Positions 20,080 through 31,120 of a stretch of 64,000 bases of DNA are shown one piece after another. Source of the stretch: Caldilineaceae bacterium (GTDB lineage Bacteria; Chloroflexota; Anaerolineae; Caldilineales; Caldilineaceae). The position numbers and the translations under genes are program-made. The number at the start of each line of letters is the position of its first letter. The stretch's first letter is position 1. Below the pieces are notes generated by a model. That model worked only from the letters and a program-made list of their open reading frames with translations, had not been told where the DNA came from and did not search any database. The stretch lies in NCBI GenBank assembly GCA_020846635.1, contig JADLDO010000036.1, forward strand, positions 281,048 through 345,047, written 5' to 3'.

Positions 20080-21003
20080 TTAACGCAGCCAATAGGAAGG
20101 AATATATTGACGCGCGCCTGGCACAACTTCTCCCAAATCAAGCTGCTCCGGCTCGCGCGGCAGAACGGTGCGCGGGCGGGGCGCGGCCAAATAGGCTTTG
20201 GTCGTTTCATAGCCCGTCAAAGCCAGCTCGTCGGCTCGGCTAAAGTCGCCAAATGGGACAGGCCGCTCAGGGCGCAGTACGATATGGTGGAGATCAATGC
20301 TGGTTTCAGCCTCGGCGCGGGCAAGGTCCTCCATGAGTGACTGCGCCATCATGGTCGTAAGTGTCTGATTCAACACGTTCACCACACCCTTGATTTCGCG
20401 TTCAGAGGCCGCTTCCCCCGCATGTCCAGCGTTGAGCGCATACACTTGCGTTGCGCCCTTGTCCATTGCCACGCTCGCCGCCACATTCGCCAACACCCCC
20501 CCATCGACCAGTTGCAGGCCATGATATTCAACAGGCGGATGAATCGCAGGAATCGATGAACTGGCAAGCACAGCGTCTACAATCGGCGCGCGCGGGTCTT
20601 CCCCAAAAAGAAAGAGGCGACCACTCAAAATATCGACCGAGGTAACATAGAGCGGCAGTTGCAAATTTCCAAAGCTCGTCACACCCTCAGGTAGCCCGTC
20701 GCGGATCATCCGCCGCAGCCCATCATTCGGATAAAGGCCCTGGCTGTTACGCAGCAGCCGGAATGCCGCGCCAATGACGCCTCCGGGATAGATGGTGCTG
20801 ACTTTGACCTTTTTCCATTGCGAATGCATGGTCGACAGTGCTTCTCCGCTCAGCCCACGCGACGCCACATAAGAAGCATTGACCGCGCCCGCCGAAGTGC
20901 CCACCAGAAAATCCGGCTGAATGTCAGCCTCTAACAACGCCTGGAGCGCCCCCACTTGCAAAGGGCCGCGCGCTCCAGCGCCACTCAAGACAAAAGCAAT
21001 CAT
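20080..21003 (-). CDS. patatin-like phospholipase
   Basis: SGAGARG (oxyanion), GTSAGA (GxSxG) and VDGGV (catalytic Asp). ATGA overlap with rsmI. Confidence 0.85.
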   Translation of the reverse strand: MIAFVLSGAGARGPLQVGALQALLEADIQPDFLVGTSAGAVNASYVASRGLSGEALSTMHSQWKKVKVSTIYPGGVIGAAFRLLRNSQGLYPNDGLRRMIRDGLPEGVTSFGNLQLPLYVTSVDILSGRLFLFGEDPRAPIVDAVLASSSIPAIHPPVEYHGLQLVDGGVLANVAASVAMDKGATQVYALNAGHAGEAASEREIKGVVNVLNQTLTTMMAQSLMEDLARAEAETSIDLHHIVLRPERPVPFGDFSRADELALTGYETTKAYLAAPRPRTVLPREPEQLDLGEVVPGARQYIPSYWLR

Positions 21004-21716
21004 TCCATCCCCTCCCAGGTTATGTCTACATCTTTACCTGCTATCACGACGATGTATTCACCCTTGAGGGTACGGTCGCTCACTTCTGCAGCCAGCGTCG
21101 ACAACCGTCCCCGTGTCACCTTCTCATACAACTTCGTTAGGTCATTGGCGAGTGCCGCCGATCGATCTCCATAAACCGTGATCGCATCCTGCAAGAAAGC
21201 CGCCAAGCGGTAGGGACTTTCATAAAAGACCAGTGTATGCGGTGACTCTTGATCCACCGCTAAAAACCGTTGCCGCGGCCCTCCTTTGCGCGGCGGAAAG
21301 CCGCGGAAGGTAAAGCTATGCACGGGTAGCCCCGACAGCACCAACGCCATCACCACGCCGGTCGCACCGGGGATCATTGTCAGCCCAATCTCTGCCCCTT
21401 GCGCGTTAGCTTCCAGCACACCGCGCACCAGCGTAAAGCCAGGGTCAGAGATGCCAGGAGTCCCCGCATCGGTGACAAGCGCCACCGACTTGCCACTTTG
21501 CAGCAGCCCCAGCACGCGCGCCGTCGCCTGTCGCTCATTATGTTCATGGAAAGCAATTTGGGGACGGTCAATCTCAAAATGCTGGAGCAGTCGCCCCGTC
21601 TTGCGCGTATCCTCGCTAGCAACAAAATCGACGGAGCGCAATGTCTCCAGCCCGCGCAGCGTCATATCGCCCAAATTCCCAATTGGGGTCGCCACTAGAT
21701 ACAACGTCGCCACCAA
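21000..21716 (-). CDS. rsmI: 16S rRNA (cytidine1402-2'-O)-methyltransferase
   Basis: [22 protein letters not shown]...[12 protein letters not shown] is the typical RsmI N-terminus. Confidence 0.9.
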   Translation of the reverse strand: MVATLYLVATPIGNLGDMTLRGLETLRSVDFVASEDTRKTGRLLQHFEIDRPQIAFHEHNERQATARVLGLLQSGKSVALVTDAGTPGISDPGFTLVRGVLEANAQGAEIGLTMIPGATGVVMALVLSGLPVHSFTFRGFPPRKGGPRQRFLAVDQESPHTLVFYESPYRLAAFLQDAITVYGDRSAALANDLTKLYEKVTRGRLSTLAAEVSDRTLKGEYIVVIAGKDVDITWEGME

Positions 21717-21736
21717 CTCGCCACCTTGCCCCTACC

Positions 21737-21767
21737 CCCTTCCGGATGCTTCGAGCATCCGGAAGGG
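21737..21767. repeat. REP-like hairpin, variant copy (CCCTTCCGGATGC-TTCGA-GCATCCGGAAGGG)
   Basis: Perfect 13-bp stem in the hisB-rsmI spacer. Related to the copies at 34014, 41968, 50599 and 63614. Confidence 0.7.
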
Positions 21768-21785
21768 TTATCTCTAGGCTCTACC

Positions 21786-21815
21786 TGTAGGGACACGATA
21801 GATGGTGTCCCTACA
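21786..21815 (-). terminator. hairpin 18 nt downstream of hisB stop
   Basis: TGTAGGGACAC-GATAGATG-GTGTCCCTACA forms an 11-bp perfect stem. No clear U-tract follows. Confidence 0.5.
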
Positions 21816-21832
21816 CAGCGTCAATCACGCGC

Positions 21833-22423
21833 CTAAGCCGTCAACGTCCCCTTCGTGCTCGGCACATCCTGCCGCCGCGCATCCACCTGTGTCGCTGCAT
21901 CCAACGCCCGCGCCAGCCCCTTAAAGAGCGCCTCCGCCTTATGATGATCATTGCGCCCATACAATACTTGAGCGTGCAGATTCATCCGCGCGTGGATCGC
22001 CAACGACTCAAACAAGTGAAAGATCAGGTCCGTCCCCAGCGTGCCCAGCCGCGGCGTAACAAATTCCGCATTGAAAACGCAATAGGGCCGCCCCCCCAAG
22101 TCCACCGCCACCAATGCCAGGCTTTCGTCCATCGGCACATAGCTGTGTGCCGTACGCACAATGCCCCTGCGGTCGCCCAACGCCTGGTCCAATGCCTTGC
22201 CCAAACAGATCAGCGTATCCTCAGCCGTGTGATGCTCATCCACATGCAAGTCGCCTGTAGCCTGCACTTCCAGGTCAAAAAGACCGTGCCCCGCCAGCAG
22301 CGTCAGCATATGATCCAAAAAGCCAATCCCGGTATCGATCTGCGCCTTGCCGCTGCCATCGACGTTAAGGCTCAGTGTGATCGAACTTTCGCGCGTCGTG
22401 CGCTCTACCCTCGCTTGTCGCAT
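21833..22423 (-). CDS. hisB: imidazoleglycerol-phosphate dehydratase
   Basis: [10 protein letters not shown]...GIGFLDHML...[12 protein letters not shown] are classical IGPD motifs. Confidence 0.9.
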   Translation of the reverse strand: MRQARVERTTRESSITLSLNVDGSGKAQIDTGIGFLDHMLTLLAGHGLFDLEVQATGDLHVDEHHTAEDTLICLGKALDQALGDRRGIVRTAHSYVPMDESLALVAVDLGGRPYCVFNAEFVTPRLGTLGTDLIFHLFESLAIHARMNLHAQVLYGRNDHHKAEALFKGLARALDAATQVDARRQDVPSTKGTLTA

Positions 22424-22426
22424 AAC

Positions 22427-23995
22427 TTACCCGCACTTCTGCTTAAAACGCAGCGCACGCCCCGGCAGCACCGAAGGCAATTTGTCCACCGGCGCACCGT
22501 CGGCAATCACCCGCACGCCATTCACCAGCACCTGCTCCACACCCACCGCATATTGGTGCGGATTCTCATACGTGGCGCGGTCTTCCACCACATCGGCGTC
22601 AAAGACCACCAAATCGGCCCACCATCCTGCGCGCACCTGCCCGCGCTCAGTCAGCCCAAAGCGTTCCGCCGGATGACCGCTCAACTTATAGACCGCATCC
22701 TCCAGCGTCATCCACCCCTTGCGTACCGCCGGCCCCAGCAGCCGCGCCGCCGAACCATATTGGCGCGGGTGAACAACGCCATCCTCATGGTAGATACCGT
22801 CACTTCCCATCACATAGCAATCATGGGCCAGGAAAGGCGCGATCAACTCATCGTCGCCCAGGTGCATCACCAGCAGCACACCCAAATTTTCCTCGATCAG
22901 AAGATCGCAAAGCGCCTCACCCGCCGGTTTACCGACCTCCGCTATATAATCCGAGAGCATTTTGCCCTGGTGGTGGCTGTTCTCTTTTCCCGGCAGCCAG
23001 GCGATATGGGTCTGATCCAGCCGCACATGGCGCAGATTTTCTTCCATCTGCGCGCGTATCTCTGGACGCTTCAAATGTGCCAGTACCCCTAGCGGCCCCT
23101 GCTCATACGCTTCGTAGGGCAGCCAATAGTTGAGCATGGTCGAGCCGGGCAGATAGGGGTAGACGTCAAAGGAGAACGAAACTTCGTTGCGCGCCACATT
23201 GTCAATGTAGGAGATGATCTCTTCGCTGGCTTGTGGGCTTGTGCCCTTGAGATGCGAGATATGCACTGGAATCCCAGCACGCTTGCCGATCTCCACAGCC
23301 TCTTTCAGCGCACGCATCGTGCCTCTTTTATAGCGCATATGCGTTACGTAAAGCCCTTGCTGCGCCACCAACGGCGCGCACGCATCGGCCAATTCTTCGG
23401 TAGAGGCAAACCACTGCACAATGTAATCCATGCCCGTGGACAACCCCACCGCGCCTGCCGCCATCCCCTTCTCAACCTCTGCCACAATCTGCCGCATCTG
23501 GTAGTCGTCAGGAACTGCGCGCCCCCACCCTGCCGCCAGCGCCCGTACATTGGCATAAGGCACATGCGGGATGCTGTTCTGCACGTTCTTGCGATCCAGC
23601 CCCGCCATATACTCTTCAAGCGAAAGCCAACCCGTATACTCCTCATAGCGCAGCGCATTCAACGCCCGCAGATAGGTGATCCACTCGCGCGCATTGACCG
23701 GGCTGAGCGGCGCATAGGAGATGCCATCCGCCATGATCACTTCAGTGGTAAAGCCCTGCATCGTCTTTGAAGTCAAATGGGGCGTCTTGAGCAGCCAGGC
23801 ATCCGAGTGGTTATGCGTATCCACAAAGCCCGGTGCCACAATCTTGCCGGTCGCATCAATCACAGTGCCTGCCTCGGCGTCACTCAGGTCGCCAATGGCT
23901 GTAATTCGTCCGCCCTGGATACCTACATCCCCCCGAAACCGCCGCGCACGACTTCCATCAATGATCTCGCCACCACGAATCACAAATTCAAACAC
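22427..23995 (-). CDS. N-acyl-D-amino-acid deacylase family amidohydrolase (D-aminoacylase-like)
   Basis: N-terminal IRGGEIIDGS...GDVGIQGGRITAIGDL...PGFVDTHNHSD. GTG start with AAGGAG RBS. Confidence 0.8.
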   Translation of the reverse strand: MFEFVIRGGEIIDGSRARRFRGDVGIQGGRITAIGDLSDAEAGTVIDATGKIVAPGFVDTHNHSDAWLLKTPHLTSKTMQGFTTEVIMADGISYAPLSPVNAREWITYLRALNALRYEEYTGWLSLEEYMAGLDRKNVQNSIPHVPYANVRALAAGWGRAVPDDYQMRQIVAEVEKGMAAGAVGLSTGMDYIVQWFASTEELADACAPLVAQQGLYVTHMRYKRGTMRALKEAVEIGKRAGIPVHISHLKGTSPQASEEIISYIDNVARNEVSFSFDVYPYLPGSTMLNYWLPYEAYEQGPLGVLAHLKRPEIRAQMEENLRHVRLDQTHIAWLPGKENSHHQGKMLSDYIAEVGKPAGEALCDLLIEENLGVLLVMHLGDDELIAPFLAHDCYVMGSDGIYHEDGVVHPRQYGSAARLLGPAVRKGWMTLEDAVYKLSGHPAERFGLTERGQVRAGWWADLVVFDADVVEDRATYENPHQYAVGVEQVLVNGVRVIADGAPVDKLPSVLPGRALRFKQKCG

Positions 23996-24052
23996 GCCCT
24001 ACTCCTTGTCTGGCTCTTTTGAATAGGCTATTTTGGGTCTACGAATGGAAGG

Positions 24053-25177
24053 CTACGCCAGTTCATGCAGCGCGGCCAACAGCCGATCCGTCTGCTCTGG
24101 ACGACCTACCGATATGCGAATGCAATTCTCCAACCGCGGCTTGCGATAATGGCGCACCAAAATCCCCTTGCGCTCCAACGCCTCTTTGACACGCTTGCCC
24201 TCGCGCCCGATCACATCGCACAGAATGAAATTCGATTGCGATGGATAGGGCCGCAAATAAGGCACATCGCCCAACGCCTCCAAAAGCCGTTCACGCTCGG
24301 CTTTAATCTTTTCTACCACTGCATAGATCTGGTCCACATGGCGCAAGCTCGCCAGCCCCGCTACCGCCGCGGCCACGTTGACATTGTAAGGCTGCTTGAA
24401 TTTCCATAACTCGGTCATCAGCCACGCCGGACAGATACCATAGCCCAAACGTAAGCCTGCAATACCGGCGGCTTTGCTAAAGGTACGCAGCACCACCAAA
24501 TTCTCATGCGCCAGCACCCAATCGGCACGCGAAGGTAAATCGGCAAACTCCACATATGCTTCGTCCAGCACCACCATGGCAGGCAGCGCCAAGAGCCGCT
24601 GTAACTCCTCGTCGCTCAACCAAGTCCCCGTTGGGTTATTGGGCGAAGTCAAAAAAAGCAGTTTGATCCGTCCAACCGTATCGGCTTCTTGGCTAAACAA
24701 CGCCTCAATCGCATCCACATCGACACTGTAGTCAGGTCGCCGCCACACTTCAATCACCTCGGCCCCAACCAGACCCGCATCAAAGCTGTACATGCCAAAG
24801 GTAGGCGGGCAATCGACAATGGCATCTCCTGGACGCAAAAAGGCGCGGCACAGATAATCAAGCATCTCATCCGCGCCGTGGCTCGTCAAAATATGTGCAG
24901 CCGGGACGCCCACAAATTCGCTTAAGGCATCGCGCAGTTCGCTCTGTTCAGGGTCAGGGTAGATGTGATAGAAGTTGTATTCTGCCAATGCCTCGATCAC
25001 CGCGGGCACAGGCCCATAGGGATTCTCATTCGCATCCAGCTTGACCAACTGCTCGGCAGGGATACCGAGCCTGCGGCTCAATACCTCAAAGGGCTGGATA
25101 GGAGTATATTCTTCCAAATCCCGCATCTCTGGACGCAGCAGTGTGCTTACATCAAAGCGTGTACTCAATTCAGCCAT
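24053..25177 (-). CDS. hisC: histidinol-phosphate aminotransferase
   Basis: [18 protein letters not shown] and [16 protein letters not shown] (PLP lysine region). Confidence 0.9.
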   Translation of the reverse strand: MAELSTRFDVSTLLRPEMRDLEEYTPIQPFEVLSRRLGIPAEQLVKLDANENPYGPVPAVIEALAEYNFYHIYPDPEQSELRDALSEFVGVPAAHILTSHGADEMLDYLCRAFLRPGDAIVDCPPTFGMYSFDAGLVGAEVIEVWRRPDYSVDVDAIEALFSQEADTVGRIKLLFLTSPNNPTGTWLSDEELQRLLALPAMVVLDEAYVEFADLPSRADWVLAHENLVVLRTFSKAAGIAGLRLGYGICPAWLMTELWKFKQPYNVNVAAAVAGLASLRHVDQIYAVVEKIKAERERLLEALGDVPYLRPYPSQSNFILCDVIGREGKRVKEALERKGILVRHYRKPRLENCIRISVGRPEQTDRLLAALHELA

Positions 25178-25197
25178 GATCGCAATTCCTTCTCCCG

Positions 25198-26514
<1,317 letters not shown>

Positions 26515-26535
26515 GAAATATGACCTCGGAATTTT

Positions 26536-27291
26536 TTACGGATCGCTGCAATCACGCGTAAAGCCACAAGATAGACAAATAATCTTGCAGTGGCGCTTGT
26601 CTACCGCCGCGCCACACATCCAGCAATAGGTATCGTCTTCAGGCGTGTAAACCGGTTGAAAGCCCAGATTCTCGGAACGTTGCGCTGTAGAGCCTGCGCC
26701 CGCTGTCTCAACGGCATGTGGCCCGGCGTCCGGCACAGGAAGCGTGAAGTCCACGGTCTCGCGCACAATCAGCGTGCCGCCACTGCCCGTCTGGGTGCTT
26801 GGTTGAGTATAGAAGACCACCTCATACTTCGTCAATTCACCTGCGCTATAGACAAACTTGGCCGAAAAAAAGCGCTGGTCATCCAACCAGCGCAGAAAGA
26901 TACGATCACCGGGCCACAAGTTCAAATCGAGCAGCTTATCATCATCGACCCACGCCAAGACGCCTTCATTGGAGTCAATCAATTCGCCGGAGTACTGGTC
27001 AGCCACAAAAACAAACGTGTACCAATCCTCGCCTTTGCTAAAGTGGGGAAAAGTGATCACGCCGCGCAGCACCGGGTCAATCATCCGCAGCCCGCTCTCC
27101 TCCCACACCTCGCGGATGGCACACTCCTCAGGCGTCTCGCCCGCTTCGAGCTTGCCGCCCAATCCGTTCCATTTACCGGCGTGCATGTCGTTGGCCTTTT
27201 TGATGCGGTGCAGCATCAACGTGCGCCCATGCTCACGCCTTGTCCCGCGCGCGGGCCCCTCGCGCACATAGCAAAGTGTTGCCAGTTTCAT
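26536..27291 (-). CDS. NUDIX hydrolase with C-terminal extension ending in a Cys4 zinc-ribbon-like motif
   Basis: Nudix box GGKLEAGETPEECAIREVWEESGL. The C-terminus is YCWMCG...CKIICLSCG. Confidence 0.75.
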   Translation of the reverse strand: MKLATLCYVREGPARGTRREHGRTLMLHRIKKANDMHAGKWNGLGGKLEAGETPEECAIREVWEESGLRMIDPVLRGVITFPHFSKGEDWYTFVFVADQYSGELIDSNEGVLAWVDDDKLLDLNLWPGDRIFLRWLDDQRFFSAKFVYSAGELTKYEVVFYTQPSTQTGSGGTLIVRETVDFTLPVPDAGPHAVETAGAGSTAQRSENLGFQPVYTPEDDTYCWMCGAAVDKRHCKIICLSCGFTRDCSDP

Positions 27292-28325
27292 CAGAAGCGC
27301 GCTAAATCCAGGGCAAGCCGGTAAATCTTCTCAGCGTTGGGGCGATAGGCATCTTCCAAAGGTGGGCTAAAGGGCACAGGCACATCCAGCCCCCCCAGGC
27401 GCGCAATCGGCGCATCCAGCCACTCAAACGCCTGCTCCGAAATCAGCGCCGCCACTTCTGCCCCCAACCCCGCTAAACGCGTCGCGCTATGCACGACCAA
27501 TACCTTGCCGCTTTTACGCGCCGCCGCCAAGATCGCTTCTTCATCCAATGGCTTGAGCGTGCGCAGATCCAAGACTTCCGCCTCAATGCCCTCTTGAGCC
27601 AAGCGCTCCGCTGCCTCCAACGCCTGGTGTACCATCGCGCCATAGGTGATGATGCTGAGGTCATCACCTGTACGCGCTGTGTGCGCTTTGCCAATCGGAA
27701 CCAGGTACTCTCCTGCCGGCACATGCCCCTTGAGCGAACGATAGAGCGGCTTGCTCTCGAAGTAGATCACCGGATTGTTATCGCGAATGGCCGAAATCAT
27801 CAGCCCCTTCGCATCTGCCGGTGTCGCGGGAGCCACCACCTTAAGCCCTGGTGCATGCACAAACCAGGCTTCCGGGTTCTGGCTGTGGAATGGCCCAGAG
27901 CGCAGCCCGCCATCGCTCGGTGCGCGGATCACCCAGGGTACGGCCCCTTTCCAGCGGTAGTAGTTGGTCCCTGCATATTGGACAATACTGTCGAAGGCAC
28001 TGGTGATAAAGTCCGCAAACTGCATCTCAATCACAGGTCGCAGCCCCATCAACGCCATGCCCGTCGCCGCGCCCACAAAGCCCAACTCCGCCATTGGCAT
28101 GTTGAGCACCCGCTCTGTGCCAAACTCCTCGCTCAACCCCTTTGTCACCTTGAATGCGCCGCCAAATGGCCCCTGCACATCCTCACCCATCACAAGCACA
28201 TCCGGGTCGCGCCGCATCTCCTCGACCAACGCATCGGTGATTGCGGCCAAATAGGTCAATTCACGCGTCTCATGGTCTATGCGTTCGACATCCGCAAATC
28301 CATAGTTGGCAATCGCTGTACTCAT
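27291..28325 (-). CDS. 2-oxoacid dehydrogenase E1 component, beta subunit
   Basis: Transketolase-like pyrimidine-binding and C-terminal domains (MGEDV...GGAFKVT...; ITYGAMV). ATG 28325 has an AAGGA RBS. The ORF-track start 28355 is TTG. Confidence 0.85.
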   Translation of the reverse strand: MSTAIANYGFADVERIDHETRELTYLAAITDALVEEMRRDPDVLVMGEDVQGPFGGAFKVTKGLSEEFGTERVLNMPMAELGFVGAATGMALMGLRPVIEMQFADFITSAFDSIVQYAGTNYYRWKGAVPWVIRAPSDGGLRSGPFHSQNPEAWFVHAPGLKVVAPATPADAKGLMISAIRDNNPVIYFESKPLYRSLKGHVPAGEYLVPIGKAHTARTGDDLSIITYGAMVHQALEAAERLAQEGIEAEVLDLRTLKPLDEEAILAAARKSGKVLVVHSATRLAGLGAEVAALISEQAFEWLDAPIARLGGLDVPVPFSPPLEDAYRPNAEKIYRLALDLARF

Positions 28326-28375
28326 ACCATTATTCCTTGAGTGCTGAAGGGACAAAGCGTGTAGGCAAGATCAAC

Positions 28376-29386
28376 CTACGGAGCATAAACGCCATCGCTC
28401 ACAGTGGCTGGATCAGGCATGGGGCTTTGCTCGGCAAATTCAATCGCGTCCGCCACCTCGACCTCGCAGCGATGCTTGATCTCGTCGATCTCTGCCTCGT
28501 CTGCAATCCCTTGCTCAAGCAACCGGCGTTCAAACAACACGACCGGATCGCGCTTCTCCCACGCCTCCAATAACTCACGCGGCACATATTCCGCGCCATC
28601 GTGAATCGCATGCCCCAGCATACGCATGGTCTTACATTCGATCAACGTAGGCCCGCCGCCCGCCCGCGCCCGCGCCACTGCCTCTTTGGTGACAGCATAA
28701 ACGGCTTCCACATCGTTGCCGTCGACAATAAGACCTGGGATTCCGTAGGCAACCGCCCGGTCTGCCATATTCTCAACCGGCATCTGCTGGTGCAGCGGCG
28801 TGGAATAGGCATATTGATTGTTTTCGGCAATCAAGACGAACGGGGCCTTGTGTACCGCGGCCAGGTTAAGCGATTCGTGGAAGAGCCCCTCGCTGCTGGA
28901 GCCGTCGCCCACATAGCTCAACGCCACCCGCTTTTCCTTGCGATAGACAAAGCTCATCGCCACCCCAACCGCTACCGGCAGCGAATGGGGCAAGTGGCTG
29001 ATGAACCCCACGATGTTCAGATTCATATCCCCCGCGCCATGCAGGTTGACATCACGCCCTCCACTCACGCCGGTCGCACGCCCCAACATTTGGGCAAAGA
29101 CGCGGCGTGGCGTCAGCCCGCGCACAAAATAGCATCCCAAATCGCGGTGCATCGGCGCAACCACATCGTCCGGCTCCAGGGCATAACCTGTACCAACGCT
29201 GATCGCCTCATGCCCACGCTGGCTAAAAACCCCACCCAAGCCGCGCCCTTGCCGCCAATAGGCGACCATCTGATTATCATAAGTGCGCGTCAGTTGCATC
29301 CAGTAATAGAGTTCGAGCTTTTGTTGGATCGACAACGCATGCCGCGATTCATGTTCGCTGCCATTGCGGCTATTCTTCTGGGGCAT
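28376..29386 (-). CDS. 2-oxoacid dehydrogenase E1 component, alpha subunit (TPP-binding)
   Basis: TPP motif region GDGSSSEG...NNQYA. ATG 29386 follows GGGAGGGGG. It overlaps the cmk 3' end. Confidence 0.85.
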   Translation of the reverse strand: MPQKNSRNGSEHESRHALSIQQKLELYYWMQLTRTYDNQMVAYWRQGRGLGGVFSQRGHEAISVGTGYALEPDDVVAPMHRDLGCYFVRGLTPRRVFAQMLGRATGVSGGRDVNLHGAGDMNLNIVGFISHLPHSLPVAVGVAMSFVYRKEKRVALSYVGDGSSSEGLFHESLNLAAVHKAPFVLIAENNQYAYSTPLHQQMPVENMADRAVAYGIPGLIVDGNDVEAVYAVTKEAVARARAGGGPTLIECKTMRMLGHAIHDGAEYVPRELLEAWEKRDPVVLFERRLLEQGIADEAEIDEIKHRCEVEVADAIEFAEQSPMPDPATVSDGVYAP

Positions 29387-30194
29387 ACGCACCCCCTCCC
29401 TGTGCTACCTGGACCACCAGTGCTAAAATGCTTGCCACGACCTTCTCAACACCCATATTCGAAGTGTCAATCACCACGGCATCATCGGCAGCGCGCAGCG
29501 GTGATATCGTGCGCCGGCTGTCAATCTGATCTCGCTGCAAAATGTCTGCAAGCACATGAACATAGGCAATTTCCTTGCCCTTGCCCAAAAGTTCGCGGTG
29601 CCGGCGACGTGCCCGCTCTTCTGCACTGGCGTCGAGAAAAATCTTTAGGGCTGCATCCGGCATGATCACAGTCCCAATGTCGCGGCCTACCATGACGATG
29701 CCAGGTTTCTCATCCTCCCCACTCCCATAACGTGCGCCAATGCGCTTTTGCTGGCGACTCAAGGCATCACGCACTCGCGCATGGGCAGAGACGACCGACA
29801 CACGCTGATCCACTTCGGGGCGACGAATATCAGCAGTGACCTCTTTGCCATCAACCAACACCTTGCTGTTGCGACCATACTGGCTGACATCCCCAGGGGG
29901 CAGAATATCCATCTCCAGTTCTTCCGCCAATTTTCCAACGGCATCGCCATCGTGCAGATCGAGCTGCCGTTCCAGCGCCGCCCAAGTCACTGCCCTGTAC
30001 ATTGCACCCGTATCAAAATAGAGAAAATCCAATGCTTGCGCCACACCATAGCCCACCGTACTCTTACCAGAGCCAGCCGGACCGTCAATTGCGATCACAC
30101 GGGGGGAAAGCCATAGTCCCCACTGCTGCGCCTCGGTGAGCGTCTTGGGCGCAATCTTCCGCAGCCGCACAGGCGATTCCGTACTGCCATTCAT
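29370..30194 (-). CDS. cmk: cytidylate kinase
   Basis: IAIDGPAGSGKSTVG P-loop, YFDTGAMYR and GRDIGTV motifs. N-terminal start uncertain. Confidence 0.85.
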   Translation of the reverse strand: MNGSTESPVRLRKIAPKTLTEAQQWGLWLSPRVIAIDGPAGSGKSTVGYGVAQALDFLYFDTGAMYRAVTWAALERQLDLHDGDAVGKLAEELEMDILPPGDVSQYGRNSKVLVDGKEVTADIRRPEVDQRVSVVSAHARVRDALSRQQKRIGARYGSGEDEKPGIVMVGRDIGTVIMPDAALKIFLDASAEERARRRHRELLGKGKEIAYVHVLADILQRDQIDSRRTISPLRAADDAVVIDTSNMGVEKVVASILALVVQVAQGGGAYAPEE

Positions 30195-30246
30195 TCAATG
30201 CTATCCTCAAAATGAGCCGGGCTCTCGCCCCGCAATGGGTTTGATA

Positions 30247-31119
30247 TTAGCGGGGGCGGGAACGATTGCCCTGATTGCGCGCGGATCGCGTGGGAGGCTT
30301 ACCGGCACTCCCTGGACGACGGCGCACAGGGGCCACATTAGGCTCAACCGCGGGACGTCCGCCTGCACGCAAGGCATTACGCAACGCAGCCACCTCGCGA
30401 CGGATCAACGGCACACTCTCCCCGACCTTCAGATCACCCAGCAGCAGGGGCCCAATCGCCCAGCGTATCAAGCGCAAGGTGGGAAAACCAACTGCCGCAG
30501 TCATGTGGCGAATCTGCCTCTTTTTGCCCTCACGCAGGACAATTTCGAGCCATACACCCGATGTTGGGCCTGGAGCCAAGCGAATCCCTTGCGGCAAGGC
30601 GGAAACCACACGCACCTCCGCCGGAGCCGTCTTGCCGTCGGGCAACTCCACCCCGTTTCGCAGTTGTTCCAAAGCACTCACCGGCGGGCGATCTGCCACC
30701 AGCACATAATAAGTCTTGGGATGCTCATAGCGCGGGTGGGTCAATTTGTTGGCAAGTTCACCGTCATCTGTCAGCAAGATCAGCCCTTCGCTGTTCAGGT
30801 CCAAGCGCCCAACCGGAAAGAGCCGTCGCATTTCAGGCGGCAGCAGATCGGCCACTGATTGGCGTCCATGCATATCACCACCGATGTCGCTGATCACGCC
30901 GCGCGGCTTGTGCATCTTGAGATAGACCTGGCGCTTGGGCGGCTTGACCGGTTTGCCATCCACGGCAATCTGCACCACATCGGCATCCACTTTGGTCCCC
31001 AACTCGGTGACAACGTGACCATTGACCGTAACCCGCCCTGCAACAATCAACGCTTCGCTGGCGCGGCGGCTTGCGACCCCGGCTCCCGCTAAAATTTTCT
31101 GCAATCGTTCTTCAGCCAT
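30247..31119 (-). CDS. rluB: pseudouridine synthase, RsuA/RluB family (S4 domain + catalytic domain, basic tail)
   Basis: RLQKILAGAGVASRRASEALI (S4) and VGRLDLNSEGL (catalytic Asp motif). Confidence 0.85.
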   Translation of the reverse strand: MAEERLQKILAGAGVASRRASEALIVAGRVTVNGHVVTELGTKVDADVVQIAVDGKPVKPPKRQVYLKMHKPRGVISDIGGDMHGRQSVADLLPPEMRRLFPVGRLDLNSEGLILLTDDGELANKLTHPRYEHPKTYYVLVADRPPVSALEQLRNGVELPDGKTAPAEVRVVSALPQGIRLAPGPTSGVWLEIVLREGKKRQIRHMTAAVGFPTLRLIRWAIGPLLLGDLKVGESVPLIRREVAALRNALRAGGRPAVEPNVAPVRRRPGSAGKPPTRSARNQGNRSRPR

Positions 31120-31120
31120 A

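Noticed and set aside
20080-21003. Patatin-like phospholipase as the effector of a CBASS-like or other defence system.
   Set aside because: No cyclase, sensor or other defence partner is adjacent. The gene overlaps rsmI (ATGA) at the end of a housekeeping array. That is insufficient evidence for a defence role.
21941-23092. Long antisense shadow ORFs. Examples: 21941-23092, 25288-26022, 27489-28340, 28601-29665, 30136-30858, 38049-39017, 41011-41922, 42014-42901, 49080-50021, 50163-50813, 57238-58224 and 59483-60277.
   Set aside because: Each lies opposite a CDS with clear family motifs. Their translations are Arg/His/Pro/Gln-rich low-complexity strings typical of antisense frames in GC-rich DNA, and none has an RBS or domain signature.
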